Source of the DNA: Octopus vulgaris
Taxonomy: Eukaryota
Length of the DNA stretch: 64,000 bases
Assembly (NCBI GenBank): GCA_951406725.2
Contig: OX597824.1
Coordinates: 31,434,001 to 31,498,000, forward strand
Reading direction: 5' to 3'
In this document: positions 51,181 to 64,000 of the stretch, piece after piece
How the letters are laid out: each line of letters starts with the position of its first letter
Numbering within the stretch: the stretch's first letter is position 1
Notes under the pieces: generated by a model
Told to the model about the DNA's origin: nothing
Databases searched by the model: none
What the model saw: only the letters and a program-made list of their open reading frames with translations
Made by a program: the position numbers and the translations under genes

Positions 51181-51330
51181 ATTAGAGACAAAACCACTAT
51201 TATGCAAATCAAACAAAGATTTGCATAATAGTGGTTTTGTCTCTAATTTAATATAATATAATATTTTACTATAAAATTGGATTCAATCCTAAATCTGATT
51301 TTTCCCTGTAAATTTGGATTTATTCCCTAA

Positions 51331-51370
<40 letters not shown>

Positions 51371-51699
51371 AGTTGTACTTGCATAGCAAGTGACCTGATC
51401 TGAGATCATGTGCTGGAACTAAAACAATTGCAGTGTGGAAGGTGTTTATAAGCCAATTTAAGAAACACATAAACACGATTCACTTCAACATTTAAATTTA
51501 ATTTTATCAAAATATTTTCGTCGCTTTGAGACCACCACCTGTTCACTGATAAAATTCCGTGCTGCATATACATATCGAAGGGAAATGGAAATTAATAGAA
51601 ATTTTCACTTCCAGTGGTCTAGCGTGTAAAAATTTAGTCCAAAGACTATGTATTACTCATAAAATACAGTGTACATTTAAACACATAAAGAATCCACTC

Positions 51700-52025
51700 G
51701 TGGGATTCAACATGCTAGAAAGAACACCTCATCTTCCTAGCTCTCCTGACTTTACTCGTTTTAACAATCATGTTTTCAAATCATTGCAACTTTATTTAGA
51801 GGGAAAACAGTTTATTCATTGGGAAGAGATTAAAAATGATATAGAGTGTTTTATTGTTTTGAAAGCTGAGGAATTTTATGCCTGAGGCATCAGCATTTTG
51901 TCATATAGATGGGAGTATGTTATCAATAATGAGGGGAAATATTTTCTCGATTAAATATATCAGTGAAGACAAAAGAAGCATTTTCCATGATGAAGTGCAA
52001 CAGAACTTTCTTTCCAAGCTAATTA
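51700..52025 (+). mobile_element. mariner transposase C-terminal relic
   Basis: PHLPSSPDFTRFNNHVFKSLQLYL (degenerate YSPDLAPxD motif) followed by FYA*GI..L..RWEYVINNEGKYF. Confidence 0.75.
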
Positions 52026-52873
52026 ATCATGCAAACCAATCTTGCCTTTCATGTTAAGTTTATTCCCTTCTTCAGTTCTTGACTCTGTCTTTTATTCCCC
52101 TCTTCAGTTCTTGCCTCTCTCTCTACATCACGCTCTGTTGCATTTTCTCATTATTCTTTCGTTAATGGTTCTATCTTGAAGCAGATCATGTTAGTCCCTC
52201 TTTTCAGAGGGGCTTTCATGTCAGTCCCTCATCACTAATTTTAAAGAACTTTCTAATGTTAACTAATTTTTCCTGTATCTAGCCCATTGAAGTAATATTT
52301 ATAAAATTCTATCTTCTTACAAGTTAGAAAGACCCCTTCATGAGGACTTAACATCCACAATTTAGTCATTTTATCTAAGCAAAGACAAATACAGTTGTAC
52401 TCTTGGAAGCTCTAGGGTCACCCGAGCATAAAAGACCAGCATGAAGGTATTCCTAAACTACAGAAATTAATGTTTGCTCAGTTTGAACATTTGAAGGTTA
52501 AAATCTGTAAAGAAAATATGGCTAAGAAAGGAGCTCCACCATAAAGTCAAAGTTGTGGGAAGGAATAATTGTGTGAAAATGTTTATTACAAAGACTGTAA
52601 TAGGTGCTATGGGTCAGCTTACTATTTCAGCAGTGAAGAGGTTGGTGAAATAATGTTGCAAAACTTTACTACCTTACTTACAGATATTGAAGTAATTTGA
52701 GTTACTTTCCTTTTTGTCAATTTTAATCTTGTCACCACCACCACCAACACCACCTTACGCCACACACCCCAAACTTATAAACTTGATGATATTTAAAGCT
52801 CCATCTACTTTGTTCATAATCGAAATTTTATATTTTTCTTTATTTTTAGATAAGCCTCACATAAGCACCAAAG

Positions 52874-53041
52874 ATGATTGTTGGTTTCATGTATACTAGA
52901 ATGAGAAAAACAGGAATATTTCATTTGTGCTCTGGAGGTATATTTACCGTTTATGTAATACTCGAACTAAAATCATTCACTTTTGGAACCTTTCATTGCA
53001 CCAAAGCAGTTATTCCCGGATCATTTATTATACTCCTATCA
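52874..53041 (+). CDS. Paralog (gene 2) of the MS4A-like first coding exon (MIVGFMYTRMRKTGIFHLCSGG...KAVIPGSFIILLS, 56 aa); functional status unknown
   Basis: Same acceptor context (tttttAG|ATAAGcCTCA), the same 24-nt distance from acceptor to ATG, and a phase-0 GTAAGT donor. Shared motifs M-I-x-x-F-x-Y-T-x-M-x-x-T-G-x-x-H-L and A-V-x-x-G-S-F. Both flanking introns align with gene 1. Confidence 0.7.
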
Positions 53042-53283
53042 GTAAGTATTGATGTGGTTTGTGACAGTTGTATATTAATTAAAGATATATTGATACAACT
53101 AAATTTTTCTGTTGTTAATACTGATGGAAAAAAAAACCTTAGAATTATTCACTTAAATTTCAAACTGTTTCTTCTTTATCTATTATAAGATACCAACACT
53201 ACCATTTTGGGTGTTGGGGGTCATAGACTGATATCGAAAAGTAAATGAAACCTACCTAAAATGGTTAGGAGTACTTCTAACCT

Positions 53284-53735
53284 TACTTACTTGTACTTGT
53301 GATGGCATTCACCCAGGGTGGGTTGAGCCGGCTTCTCTGTTCTTAACAGCATCACGAACCATGGCGGCCCACGCTCGATGGTCCTGTGCAAGGTCACTGG
53401 AGATAGTGAGCCATTCACAGTTCCATCTGCGCAGACTGACCACCTGCGGATCTGAGAGTTCAGAGAGGTCCTCCTTTATCGTCGTTGCCCAGGTCTTCAG
53501 CTGCCCGCCCTTGAATTTGCGCCAGCTAGGAAGTGGAGGAGGGAGGAGGACATAGCAAATCAGCTCACCCCCTGGACACCAGGCTGCATGGCCGTACCAC
53601 CTTAAGTGCCATTGTAGAAGCACCGAAGAGAGGGGCTGGAGATTCAGGCAACAACGAAGACCGGCTGTAGGAACCCAATCAATGCATTGGCAGCAAAGAA
53701 CTTCTTCTATGAATCCTACTACTACCATGGCTAAA
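53284..53735 (-). mobile_element. RTE LINE 3' fragment inserted in the gene-2 intron with ~12-bp TSD
   Basis: LRWYGHAA...GGQLKTW...LAQDHRAW, with a CAAGTA/TAAG tail. TSD TACTTCTAACCT / TACTCCTAACCT. Intron homology to gene 1 resumes on the far side. Confidence 0.8.
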
Positions 53736-53994
53736 TACTCCTAACCTGATCATACAATAAAGCACCTTACAGCAGAAACCAGGCTGTTACAAACATGGTT
53801 TAACCCTATCCTGGCATAACATAGCTGAATTTACAGGTTAAAAACTTCCATAAAGTAATGCCTTTGGCTGATAATGATGACACCAGCTGTTTATTTAATT
53901 TATCTGGGCATTACCCCATTCTCCATGGAAATAATAATTGGATTTTATTGGAAGAAAAAATTTTAATTTCTCCTTTGATTAATTTTTTATTGTT

Positions 53995-54219
53995 TATTCT
54001 TTTACTCTTTTACTCTTTTACTTGTTTCAATCATGTGACTGTGGCCATGCTGGAGCACCGCCTTTAGTCGAGCAAATCGACCCCAGGACTTATTCTTTGT
54101 AAGCCTAGTACTTATTCTGTCGGTCACTTTTGTAGACCCGCTAAGTTACGGGGACATAAACACACCAGCATCAGTTGTCAAGCGATGTCGGAGGGACAAA
54201 CACAGATACACAAACATAT

Positions 54220-54262
<43 letters not shown>

Positions 54263-54635
54263 ACGGGCTTCTTTCAGTTTCCGTCTACCAAATCCACTCT
54301 CAAGGCTTTGGTTGGCCCGAGGCTATAGTAGAAGACACTTGCCCAATGTGCCACACAGTGAAACTGAACCCAGAACCATGTGGTTGGTAAGCAAGCTACT
54401 TACCCCACAGCCACTCCTACGCCTGAGGTTATAATAGAAGACACTTGCCCAAGGTGCCACACAGTGAAACTGAACCCGGAACCATGTTGTTGGTAAGTAA
54501 GCTACTTACCCCACAGCCACTCCTATGCCTGAGGTTATAATAGAAGACACTTGCACAAGGTGCCATGCAGTGAAACTGAACCCGGAACCATGTGGTTCGT
54601 AAGCAAGCTACTTACCACACAGTCACTCCACTCCT
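53995..54635 (-). mobile_element. tRNA-derived SINE with triplicated ~106-bp head
   Basis: GAGG.TATA.TAGAAGACACTTGC...CAGCCACTCC repeated at ~54318, 54423 and 54529. Confidence 0.85.
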
Positions 54636-55804
54636 ATTGGCTAAAGTTTTTAAGCTATTCTCTTCATTTTATTTCTGCTTTTGGAAATGCTAATTAAAAT
54701 GAGAAACTTGTAGCTTCTCCTTTCAAATTGATTTTAAAAAGAATCATAGAATTTCAGGAACAGGAATTAATGTAGGATATTTTAAAGGACAACTTTTTTA
54801 TAAACATGCTGTAGATTACAGATGAGATAGCTGAAAAATTGTAAGTGAATAATTTTGGATGGGACAGCACAATCCACCCAATTTTTCTTCTATTTTTTGG
54901 AGTGTTAAGAAATAATACCAAATATCCAAAGCCAGTGTGATTAGCCAGGTGCTTACATTATGCTATTAGAATTAGAATATTTACTTTTTCCAACTAGTGG
55001 ATAATCTTCAATTCCACTGTGAAGATTTGTGTACCCAATAGAGTGTGGTCTGAAAATGAAATTTATCTATTCTCTTCATTTTGCCTCTGCTTTTGCATCA
55101 CCTACAATTTTTTACAAGTCTCATCTGCATTCTATGCATGCTTCTAATGTCTCATCTGCATTCTACGCATCCTGCTTCAATTCCTGTTCCAGAAATTCTA
55201 TACTTTCTTTTTAAATCAATTTATGAAAAGAGAAGTTAGTTTCTTATTTTAATCAGTATCTCCAAGGCAAAAAATTATGTTCCAGTTGTACTACACATTT
55301 AATAATTATCATCAGAAACTCTTTATCAGGTTGTACACCGATATTAGTAAGAACTTACATTATAATCTCTATTCTGTATAACTGAGGAGAGGTGGGGGAT
55401 GTAAATTCATGATGTTGAAGAATGTCATTGTTAGTGGTCATCTCTGTTACCTATAAGTAAATGAAATAGGACAGAAGTTAATGAGCCAAAAGAATTGCCA
55501 TTTTTAGAAATGGCACACACTACATGTGTCAAAGGGGTGAATGTAAAAGAACTGTTATTATCAGTGGTCTTGTTAGTTTGAAGCAATCAAATGTATTTTT
55601 GTACTTGGCATAGGTGTATGCAAAGTTGAGATCTTGGTGTAGTGTAAGGTGTTAGGTTTGCAGATGAACCAGTGTGTGTAGTGTAGGTTGAATGCAAAGT
55701 GAGCAGTGAAGGGCAAGGTTTTTTTCCATGGTGGCTCTCTCAGACTGGCAAAATTAATGTAGTTCTAATAAGAAATAATGGAATGAAGTATTTAGTTGAT
55801 GAGT

Positions 55805-56360
55805 GTCAGTGGATTTCATAGACAGAAACAGAAAGGAATCAATCGTATATGTATGTATATATGTAAGTGTATGTGTGTGTCTTTGTGTTTCTCCCTCATC
55901 ACTGCTTCACAACTGCTGTTCGTTTATTTACACCCCCATAACTTACAGGTTACACAAGAAGAAACTGATAGAATAAGTACCAGGCTTATCAAAATAAAAA
56001 AAAGCACTAGGCTGTGTCTCATATTTTTGTTTGCCCACTCAGTTGTATCTATCAATTTATCTTTGTGTGTGTGTGTACATATATATATGGATTTCGTAGA
56101 CAGAAACTGAAAGAAATCAATCGTATATATATGTATGTATACATGTAAGTGTATGTGTGTGTCCTTGTCTCTGTGTTTCGCCCACATCACTGCTTCACAA
56201 GTGCTCTTCATTTATTTACATCCCCCATAACTTACTAATTTCACAAGAAGAAACTAATAGAATAAGTACCAGGCTTATCAACATAAAAAAAGCACTAGGC
56301 TGTGTCTCATTTTTGTTTGCCCACTCAGTTGTATCTATCAATTTATCTGAGTGTGTGTGT
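55805..56360 (+). repeat. Tandem duplication (~280 bp) of a degenerate SINE fragment plus flank
   Basis: AGAATAAGTACCAGGCTTATCAA...AGCACTAGGCTGTGTCTCAT...CCCACTCAGTTGTATCTATCAATTTATCT occurs twice. Confidence 0.85.
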
Positions 56361-56462
56361 GTGTGCGTATATTACACACGCACACACACACTCACACACA
56401 CACACACACTCACACACACACACACACATATATATACATGTATGTATATGTGCATATTCGTA

Positions 56463-58124
56463 TCTATTATATCAAAGTCAATTCTTTATGTGTGTTCATG
56501 TGATACTTACTCATTCGAAAACTGCTGCACCAATCATAATTAAATTTGGAACACAAAATAAGCCTAGGAAGAATTGTTTCATACAATTTCATGGACCAAA
56601 ATAACTGAATGGATCTTTATGATATTTGAAACTTAGATTCAATGCATAAGGGCAGGTATAATGCAATATGTTTGGTTTCAGATGGCTTAATGGGGCAGAA
56701 CCCCCATGAAAATTCATAAATTTTCGCTGTTGATGAAATTTCAATCATGTATAATTGACACACATCAAGAAGTATTCTCAAAGTTTCCACTTCACATGAC
56801 GATTCTAAGACACCCTAATGAAGGCCTTAACTCCTAAATTTTAATCATTTCTTTTATGATCCAAAACTAGATCAAAAGTACTGAATGGATCTTTACAAAA
56901 TTTGGAAATTATATTCTATGCATAAGGGCCATAACTCCCATGACAATTCATATATTTTTGCTGTTGATGAAATTTTAACCATAGATATTAGACACAAATG
57001 AAGTAATATTTATAAAATTCTATCTTCTTACAAGTTAGAAAGACCCCTTCATGAGGACTTAACATCCACAATTTAGCCATTTTATCTAAGCAAAGATAAA
57101 TACAGTTGTACTCTTGGAAGCTCTTGGGTCACCCGAGAATAAAAGTTGAGCATTATTTGTAATTCAATGGTACAACAGTGTAAGAGTTTGCTTTGACATA
57201 TACTTAGATTGTGATTTCTGCAATGTGATGCATAAATTGTCAAGTAAATGAGAGGCATCTTTGCCTCCACTGATTCAGTTGCAGTGTGTTGAGTAAAGTT
57301 ATTTGGTTGCAGACCTTCTTTCAGTCTTTTTATTATCACTGGGTCACACATAATCCCCAGATGATAACATTGATTTCAAGGCCTTCCCAGATGAGTGACT
57401 GGTTATTCAAAGACATTTATAGATTGTAAATTTATTCTGTCCAGTTGCGTATCAGTATAGTGGTCATTTGCAAACTTCAGAGGTGACACTTTCATTTCTC
57501 CTTAGCCCTTACGTCACACAGTTGTTAATGCTTATTTCAGTTGGGTCACGCCCTTCCAACTGCTATTGATTCGTAATGCATCTTATGGCTGTGCCTGTCA
57601 CCTCGATGGTGAGGAATCCTACATTGGGAATCGTAATGACTAGGGTAGGGTAGCTGACTGCTTATTGTGATCATTCGTCTTTTGGTTTCCTGTAGCTTTG
57701 CTCTCTTTTACAAACCCAATGAACATATATTTCCTATTTCAAAGAAATTCAAACAATAGATATAAGACCCAAGTTAAAAAGATTCTCAACAATTCAACTC
57801 CTATGGTTGACATTAAGACACCCACCCCCAATAGGGGCCTTAACTCTCACATTTTAGAGCTCCATGACCTCCATTTTTCAGGAACAAAATCCTTTTAACA
57901 GATTTTATAAGAGTGGAATTTTTGAATATGTGCATAAAAATCAGTAGTATGGGATACATGTGGCATGATTACAATTTTAAGGTGTGTAAAGAGGGAAATA
58001 ACCCTCATCTGCAATTTTGATGAAATTTGAAACATAGGTATTCCAGTTCATTACAGAAAATATAACAGAAAAGTCTAATTCTTCAATTGTATGTAACTCG
58101 GGCAACGCCGGGTAACTCTGCTAG
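56463..58124 (+). mobile_element. Non-autonomous Helitron 1
   Basis: 5' A|TCTATTATATCAAAG. 3' hairpin CTCGGGCAACGCCGGG followed by CTAG|T. Confidence 0.7.
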
Positions 58125-58164
58125 TGTATATATATTTACAATAGTAAAGAACTACATTGTTGAT

Positions 58165-59140
58165 AATATGATCATCCCGTCGAATATTGAGGATCTGTCA
58201 TAGCTTGGATTGCTGGAAGCGTTCAAGGTACTTGAAGTCATGGTGATACAGCGTCCAAGTCTCACAAGCATAGAGAAGAGTTGACAGGACAATAGCACGG
58301 AAGACCATGATCTTTGTCCTGATGGTCAGTGAGTGATTGAAGAATACACATTGGCTGAGTCTATCAAAGGTGGAGTGGGCTGCCTTGATCCAGTTCTCCA
58401 AGTCCTTTTCAGACATGGAGGCCTTTGAAAGAATACTCCCAAGACGGCGAGCTGGCACGTCGGGTGAAATGCTTACCGGTATTTCGTCTACCGCTACGTT
58501 CTGAGTTCAAATTCCGCCAAGGTTGATTTTGCCTTTCATCCTTTCAGGGTCGATTAAATAAGTACCAGTTACGCTCTGGGGTCGATATAATTGACTTAAT
58601 CCATTTGTCTGTCCTTGTTTGTCCTCTCTGTGTTTAGCCCCTTGTGGGTAGTAAAGAAATAGGTATAAGAATTGTTCAACTTCTAGGGGTTGGCCCTTGA
58701 TGCTAATGTTTGTAGGTGAACTGTTCTGGCCTGATGCTGGTTGGATCGGGGTCTTGGTCTTTAATATGTTTACCTGCATCCTGGAGTGTTCATAAGCCAC
58801 ATTGTAAAGATCAGCCATCCTTTGTAGGCCATCTACAGTCCAGCTTGGGGTGGCATCACCGTCAGCATACTGCATCTCACGGACTGAGATGGCAGAGGTC
58901 CTCATCTTTGTGCAAATATGAGCGAGATTGAAGAATCCACCATCCAAGCGATAGCGTATTTTGATGAAAGGTGAGTCCAGTGTGATTTCGTTGAATATGG
59001 CAATACAGATTGGTGCCAGGACACATCCTTGCTTAAGATCCCCAGTGATGGGAAACGGGTCTGGGAGGACATTTTGATGGCATACCCTACCCACTATGCT
59101 GTCATGAATGAATCAATCAATGCATCAAACTGTCTATGGC
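58165..59140 (-). mobile_element. RTE (BovB-like) RT relic interrupted by a SINE at ~58441-58665
   Basis: LKQGCVLAP, YADG (degenerate YADD), TLLYACETWT. Confidence 0.8.
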
Positions 59141-59246
59141 TCATTTGTGAGAATCATTATTGACATATAAATATAAAAACTCAAATACATACCGCATCAG
59201 ACAATACTTGTTTGTATTCAATGCAGTATGTATATATATATATATA

Positions 59247-60573
59247 TCTATATATAAAACTGAAATGCGTTTTTACTGCTTGGATCGCTTTCAATGCCAC
59301 TACATCCCGTCCGATTCGCTCCAAAATTTACAGGGACATGTAGAATGAGGTGACGATGCCCGTGGGCTACCTTAGAAATCCCTATCTTAAAAGGTGTGGT
59401 TGCTAGGGGCCATCTTCCTCACTCACGCTATTTCCTCCATTACCCTCTCACTCCCCTCCATGTATAATCTTTGACAATTCCACTCCCGTTATTTAATGTA
59501 AAGTTCGTCAGACGGCGTTCTTTGATGTATCTGTCTGCATTCATAGGGAGAATTATCATCACCACACGCTGTCATGCTATTAGCTGTCAGAAGTGAAAGT
59601 ACGTCAACTTCGTGTATTTACGTCAGGTTTATACCTTCGTTAATTTTTACGATTATTTACGTACCACCACGCTGTTAGGTTTATAAAACAATTGAAGTTC
59701 AGTTTAAAGTTTATAAATAAATACATTTCATTCCATGTTCTGTTTAAACTTTATAAATAAATATATTCTTGCATTATTCATTATTGTTTTTAAAAAAGAA
59801 ATCACACCAAATCTGCACAAATGACCACTACCACCGCGATCACATATACCAATCATACACACATGTGTGTGTGTATATGTGGCTATATGTCTGACTAACG
59901 TGTGTGTGTCTGTATTTATTGTATGTGTGTATAAGTAGTTATATGCTTATATTATCCATTATACTAATATTTGTCTGTTGAAATCCGTTTTAAGGCGGTC
60001 AATAGTTTAATTAAAGATGTGTCTATACATGTATATATCTTTATATATATACATGTGTATACATTACACATGTATATATATATATGTATACACATGTATA
60101 TATACACATGTATAAATATATATGTATACACATGTATATATACATATGTATATATATATACATGTATAGACACATCTTTAATTAAACTATTGATCGCCTT
60201 AAAACGGATTTCAACAAACAAATATTACTATAATGGAGAATTAAATGTATTTATTTATAAACTTTAAACTGAACTTCAATTGTTTTACAAACCTAACAGT
60301 GTGGTGGTACATAAATAAACGGTGTAAATTAACGAAGGTATAAACCTGACGTAAATACACGAAATTGACGTACTTTCACTTCTGACAGCTAACAGTATGA
60401 CAGTCTGGGTCAACAGTTCGTTTCCTCGGAGGATATGGAAATTCCTATTACCCGTCAGAGAAATAACTACAGCAGCTCACAACTATTTCAACAAAGACAA
60501 GGTTACCTGCTTACCAGTCGAATTCAGCGTCAACGTTCACGTATGAGAGAGACTCCAACACACACACACACAC

Positions 60574-60612
<39 letters not shown>

Positions 60613-61790
60613 GTGTGCATTATGTGGTCGGTCGGTTCAGCTGAAAATATGCACACCTATGTTAAAAGTGTTGGCAAGTTTGCATGACAACTATTTTTTT
60701 CCTCAAATGAAAGGCGTGACCTCTAGGACAAAATTCTTCATCTTATAAAATGCGGCCCCAGTAGACCCGAATGAAATCGGGTAATATTAACCAAAATGTG
60801 AAAAGGGGTCTAAATGGGGCTGGAAGGGGATTAAAATTTAAATGAGCGAGTGTTTAGGAATTCTCTGTTACATCAAGCTAAAAAATTTGCGCCAGCCTTT
60901 TAATCGTCAATGTGTTGCCGTCCATGATGAAGAAGTTTTGAATGCTTGCTATGGTGAGTCTACTGTCGTGAGAAAGAATCACTTCAAAACTTGGTGTTTA
61001 CGAATTTTCTTTTACATCAAGTTCAAAATTTTACGCCAGCCGTTAAACTGTCAATACGTTGCTGTTCGTCGTTAAGAAATGCCAGTCATGGTGACTCTAC
61101 TATCCTCAGATTCTATCCCTTCAAACTTTGGTTTCCAATATTTTATTATTTTTATTCAGCTCGCAAGTTCGTCTGTCCCTTTTAAATGTTAGCGTTTTGC
61201 TGTCTGCCTTGAAGCAGACCTTTCCGTTGCCACTGCCTGATATTTATGATTGATCTTTCTAAATATTTTATTTCTCAACTTACTCAAGATCTTTTGTTGT
61301 TTATAAATGGGAGAGAGATAGATAAAGATAGAGAGTAAGAGAAAGCGAGGGAGAGTCCAAAAAAAGAAAAGTAAGAGAGTGGGAAAGTGAGAGAGAAAGA
61401 AGAGAGAAACAAAGAGGAAGAATCATCATCATCATCATCGTTTAACGTCCGTTTTCCGTGCTAGCACGAGTTGGACAGTTTGACCGGGGTCTGGGAAGCC
61501 AGGAGGCTGCACTAGGCTCCAGTCTGATCTGGCAGTGTTTCTACAGGTGGATGACCTACCTAACGCCAACCACTCTGTGAGTGTAGTGGGTGCTTTTTTC
61601 GTGTCGCCGACACAGGTGCCGGGGGGCTGGCAGTGGCAACGATCGGTTGGTGCTTTTTACGTGCCACCGGCACAGAAGCCAGTCAAGGTGGCGCTGCAAT
61701 TGGCCACGTTTTTTTTTACGTGCTGAAAGGAAGCAACAGAAAGTAACAACCACACTCTTACCCGCGCGTAGAGCGGGTCACCTTCAGCTA

Positions 61791-61791
<1 letters not shown>
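59247..61791 (+). mobile_element. Non-autonomous Helitron 2
   Basis: 5' A|TCTATATATAAAA. 3' hairpin ACCCGC-gcgtaga-GCGGGT followed by CTAG|T. Inserted in (TA)n. Confidence 0.7.
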
Positions 61792-61844
<53 letters not shown>

Positions 61845-62969
61845 GAAATTTCATGAGGATTACTTAATATAGTTTTTGAAATGTAAAGGTGATTTGAAAA
61901 AAAAAAATTTTGTAATGAGGATGTTATTAATCATTTTGGGAAGAAGTTTATTTTTCTAGTGTGTGAGTGCTTTCATTAAACCTTTTCAAATACACATGTT
62001 TTTGAAGAGGGAAAAAGTATTCTCTCCAATGAGAGAGACATACCATTTTATATATACAATTTCAAAATGAGTTACTAATACTTTATTGTAGAGATACAAT
62101 AATTTGGTAGATCTATATCAAATGCCATGTATCTCCAAGAATTTTTCAGGTTTAGTGCATACTGTTAGACCTATTTGAGAAAGCATAGAATAAAAAAGAT
62201 AAGGAAAATGCAGAGAAGGTTGATGCAAAATTGAAATGAAAAAAAAGACAAGAAAAGAAAAAAAACCCAAGCTTTTTGTCCCCTTTGTCTACAGAAGGAA
62301 TAATTGATCTAACTGGTGTAGAATAATATAATGGAGAGATAACTACTGAATCCAGAGAGGGTGGTTTCCTCCAGTTTGATAAAAGAAACTTGTCTATATG
62401 CTGGCCTTTTCTAGAAATTTCAAATCTGGAATTCAGTAGTGTGGTGCAATTCTTGTAAATAAAAAATAAATGCGCCCTTTTAAAGCCTAGTTAGGCTCAT
62501 GGACCCGGTTTCCCGGTTTCTATGGCGTATGTGTTTCCCAGTTGGACAGGACACCAGTCCATTGCAGCGTTATTCATTTTGCCAGCTGAGTGGATTAGAG
62601 CAACGTGAAATGAAGTGTTTTGTTCAAGAACACATGTCGCCCGGTCCAGGAATTGAAACCACAATCTTACGATCATGATGCTGACACCATAACCACTAAG
62701 CCACACACCTCCACGGTGCAATTCTTGTATGTAAACAAATGTCTGAATGTCTGATCTTTCAGCTATGCATAACTTCCATCTCTTTGATCCTCCAGAAGGA
62801 ATCTATGTCTTCTCGTGAAGGAACTTCCAGGATGTTTACTGCTCCTCCTCTCATGTCTCTGTATACTACTGCCTGATTGTGGTTAAATTTTTTGTTTAGT
62901 GTTCTTCTCTCAGTTATTCTCTTCTGATGTCGGAGTTTTTCACTGAGAGCTTTTAGCTCCTGCATGATT

Positions 62970-63180
62970 ACTCTTTTACTTGTTTCAGTCATGTGACTGT
63001 GGCCATGCTGGAGCACCACCTTTAGTAAATCAAATCGACCCCAGGACTTATTCTTTGTAAGCCTAGTTCTTATTCTATTGGTCCCTTTTTTGCCGAACCA
63101 CTAGGTTACGGGGACGTAAACACACCAGCATCGGTTGTCAAGCGATGCTGGGGGGGGACAAACACAGACACACAAACACG

Positions 63181-63214
<34 letters not shown>

Positions 63215-63390
63215 CACATATATACGACGGGCTTCTTTCAGTTTCCGTCTACCAAATCCACTCACTAGGCTTTGGTCGGCCCGAGGCTATAGTAGAAAAC
63301 ACTTACCCAAGGTGCCACGCAGTGGGACTGAACCCGGAACCATGTGGTTCTTAGGCAAGCTACTTACCACACAGCCACTCCTACGCCTAT
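62970..63390 (-). mobile_element. Full-length tRNA-derived SINE
   Basis: Same family as 27187-27567. Confidence 0.9.
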
Positions 63391-63517
63391 ATTATAATCA
63401 GTTTGCAAGTGAGTGAGTGAGTATGTATGTATGTATGTATGTATGTATGTATGTATGTATGTATGTATGTATGTATGTATGTATGCTTGTGTATGTATGT
63501 ATGTATGTATGTATGTA

Positions 63518-64000
63518 CCGTAAACCCTCGAGTATAATCCGCCCTTGAGTATAATACACAGGGGATTTTTAGGGGGCTTTACCTCTGAAAAACCTAAACA
63601 TTGTACATAATACACACCCCTTCTCTAACTTGAGTCATGTGTAATTAAGCCAGCAGCACCTAGTCGAACAAACACTTCTGCGCATGCGTAATACAATAAG
63701 GGTGATGTTCTTAACTGTTATATGGGAATGTAAATATGTTTGCAAATTGTTTTTGTTACATATTATTCTGTGTTCCGAATACTTTTATTTTAATAAATGT
63801 TGCTTACTGCAAGTTATGGATGATTTTTTTATGACTTCATTGCTTTCAGGCTTAGCTTAATGTATTTTCGCACCCGACATCACAAAATGCGTCTGAATAT
63901 ACATTGCCAGACAGCAAATAGAGACTCAGACGTTGCTTAAAAAATATTTTTCATTTTTAACCTCGTATATAGTACACACTAGGGATTTTGACCTTTAAAT
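63518..64000 (+). mobile_element. Tc2/pogo-like MITE left end
   Basis: TA|CCGTAAACCCTCGAGTATAATCCGC with a repeated GAGTATAAT subterminal motif. The other end is not seen. Confidence 0.5.

Noticed and set aside
62295-62460. Possible second exon of gene 2 (acceptor-like ctacAG then GIIDLTG)
   Set aside because: Only faint similarity to GIIGIITG, wrong phase and an in-frame stop. No convincing downstream exons of gene 2 were found in the window.

Overview
AT-rich, repeat-dense metazoan genomic DNA. The SINE families and the (TA)/(TACA) microsatellite load strongly resemble an Octopus (coleoid cephalopod) genome; this is pattern recognition, not a database result. Most ORF-track entries are microsatellite or transposon artefacts. 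The real coding content is small. (1) A spliced four-transmembrane MS4A/CD20-like gene on the minus strand, with four phase-0 coding exons (15271-15062, 12743-12672, 6521-6432, 1248-1132; 163 aa; C-terminus not identified in the window). (2) A divergently oriented paralogous first coding exon on the plus strand (52874-53041), whose flanking introns are much more similar to gene 1 than the exon is. Between the two paralogs lies a ~17 kb palindrome with two near-identical ~7 kb arms (23809-30869 and 33377-40619) and a ~2.5 kb spacer. The rest is transposon relics: Penelope-like elements with hammerhead ribozyme motifs, RTE/CR1/Tx1/RLE LINEs, Gypsy, Chapaev, mariner, two non-autonomous Helitrons, several foldback/MITE elements, many SINEs and a 156-bp tandem array.
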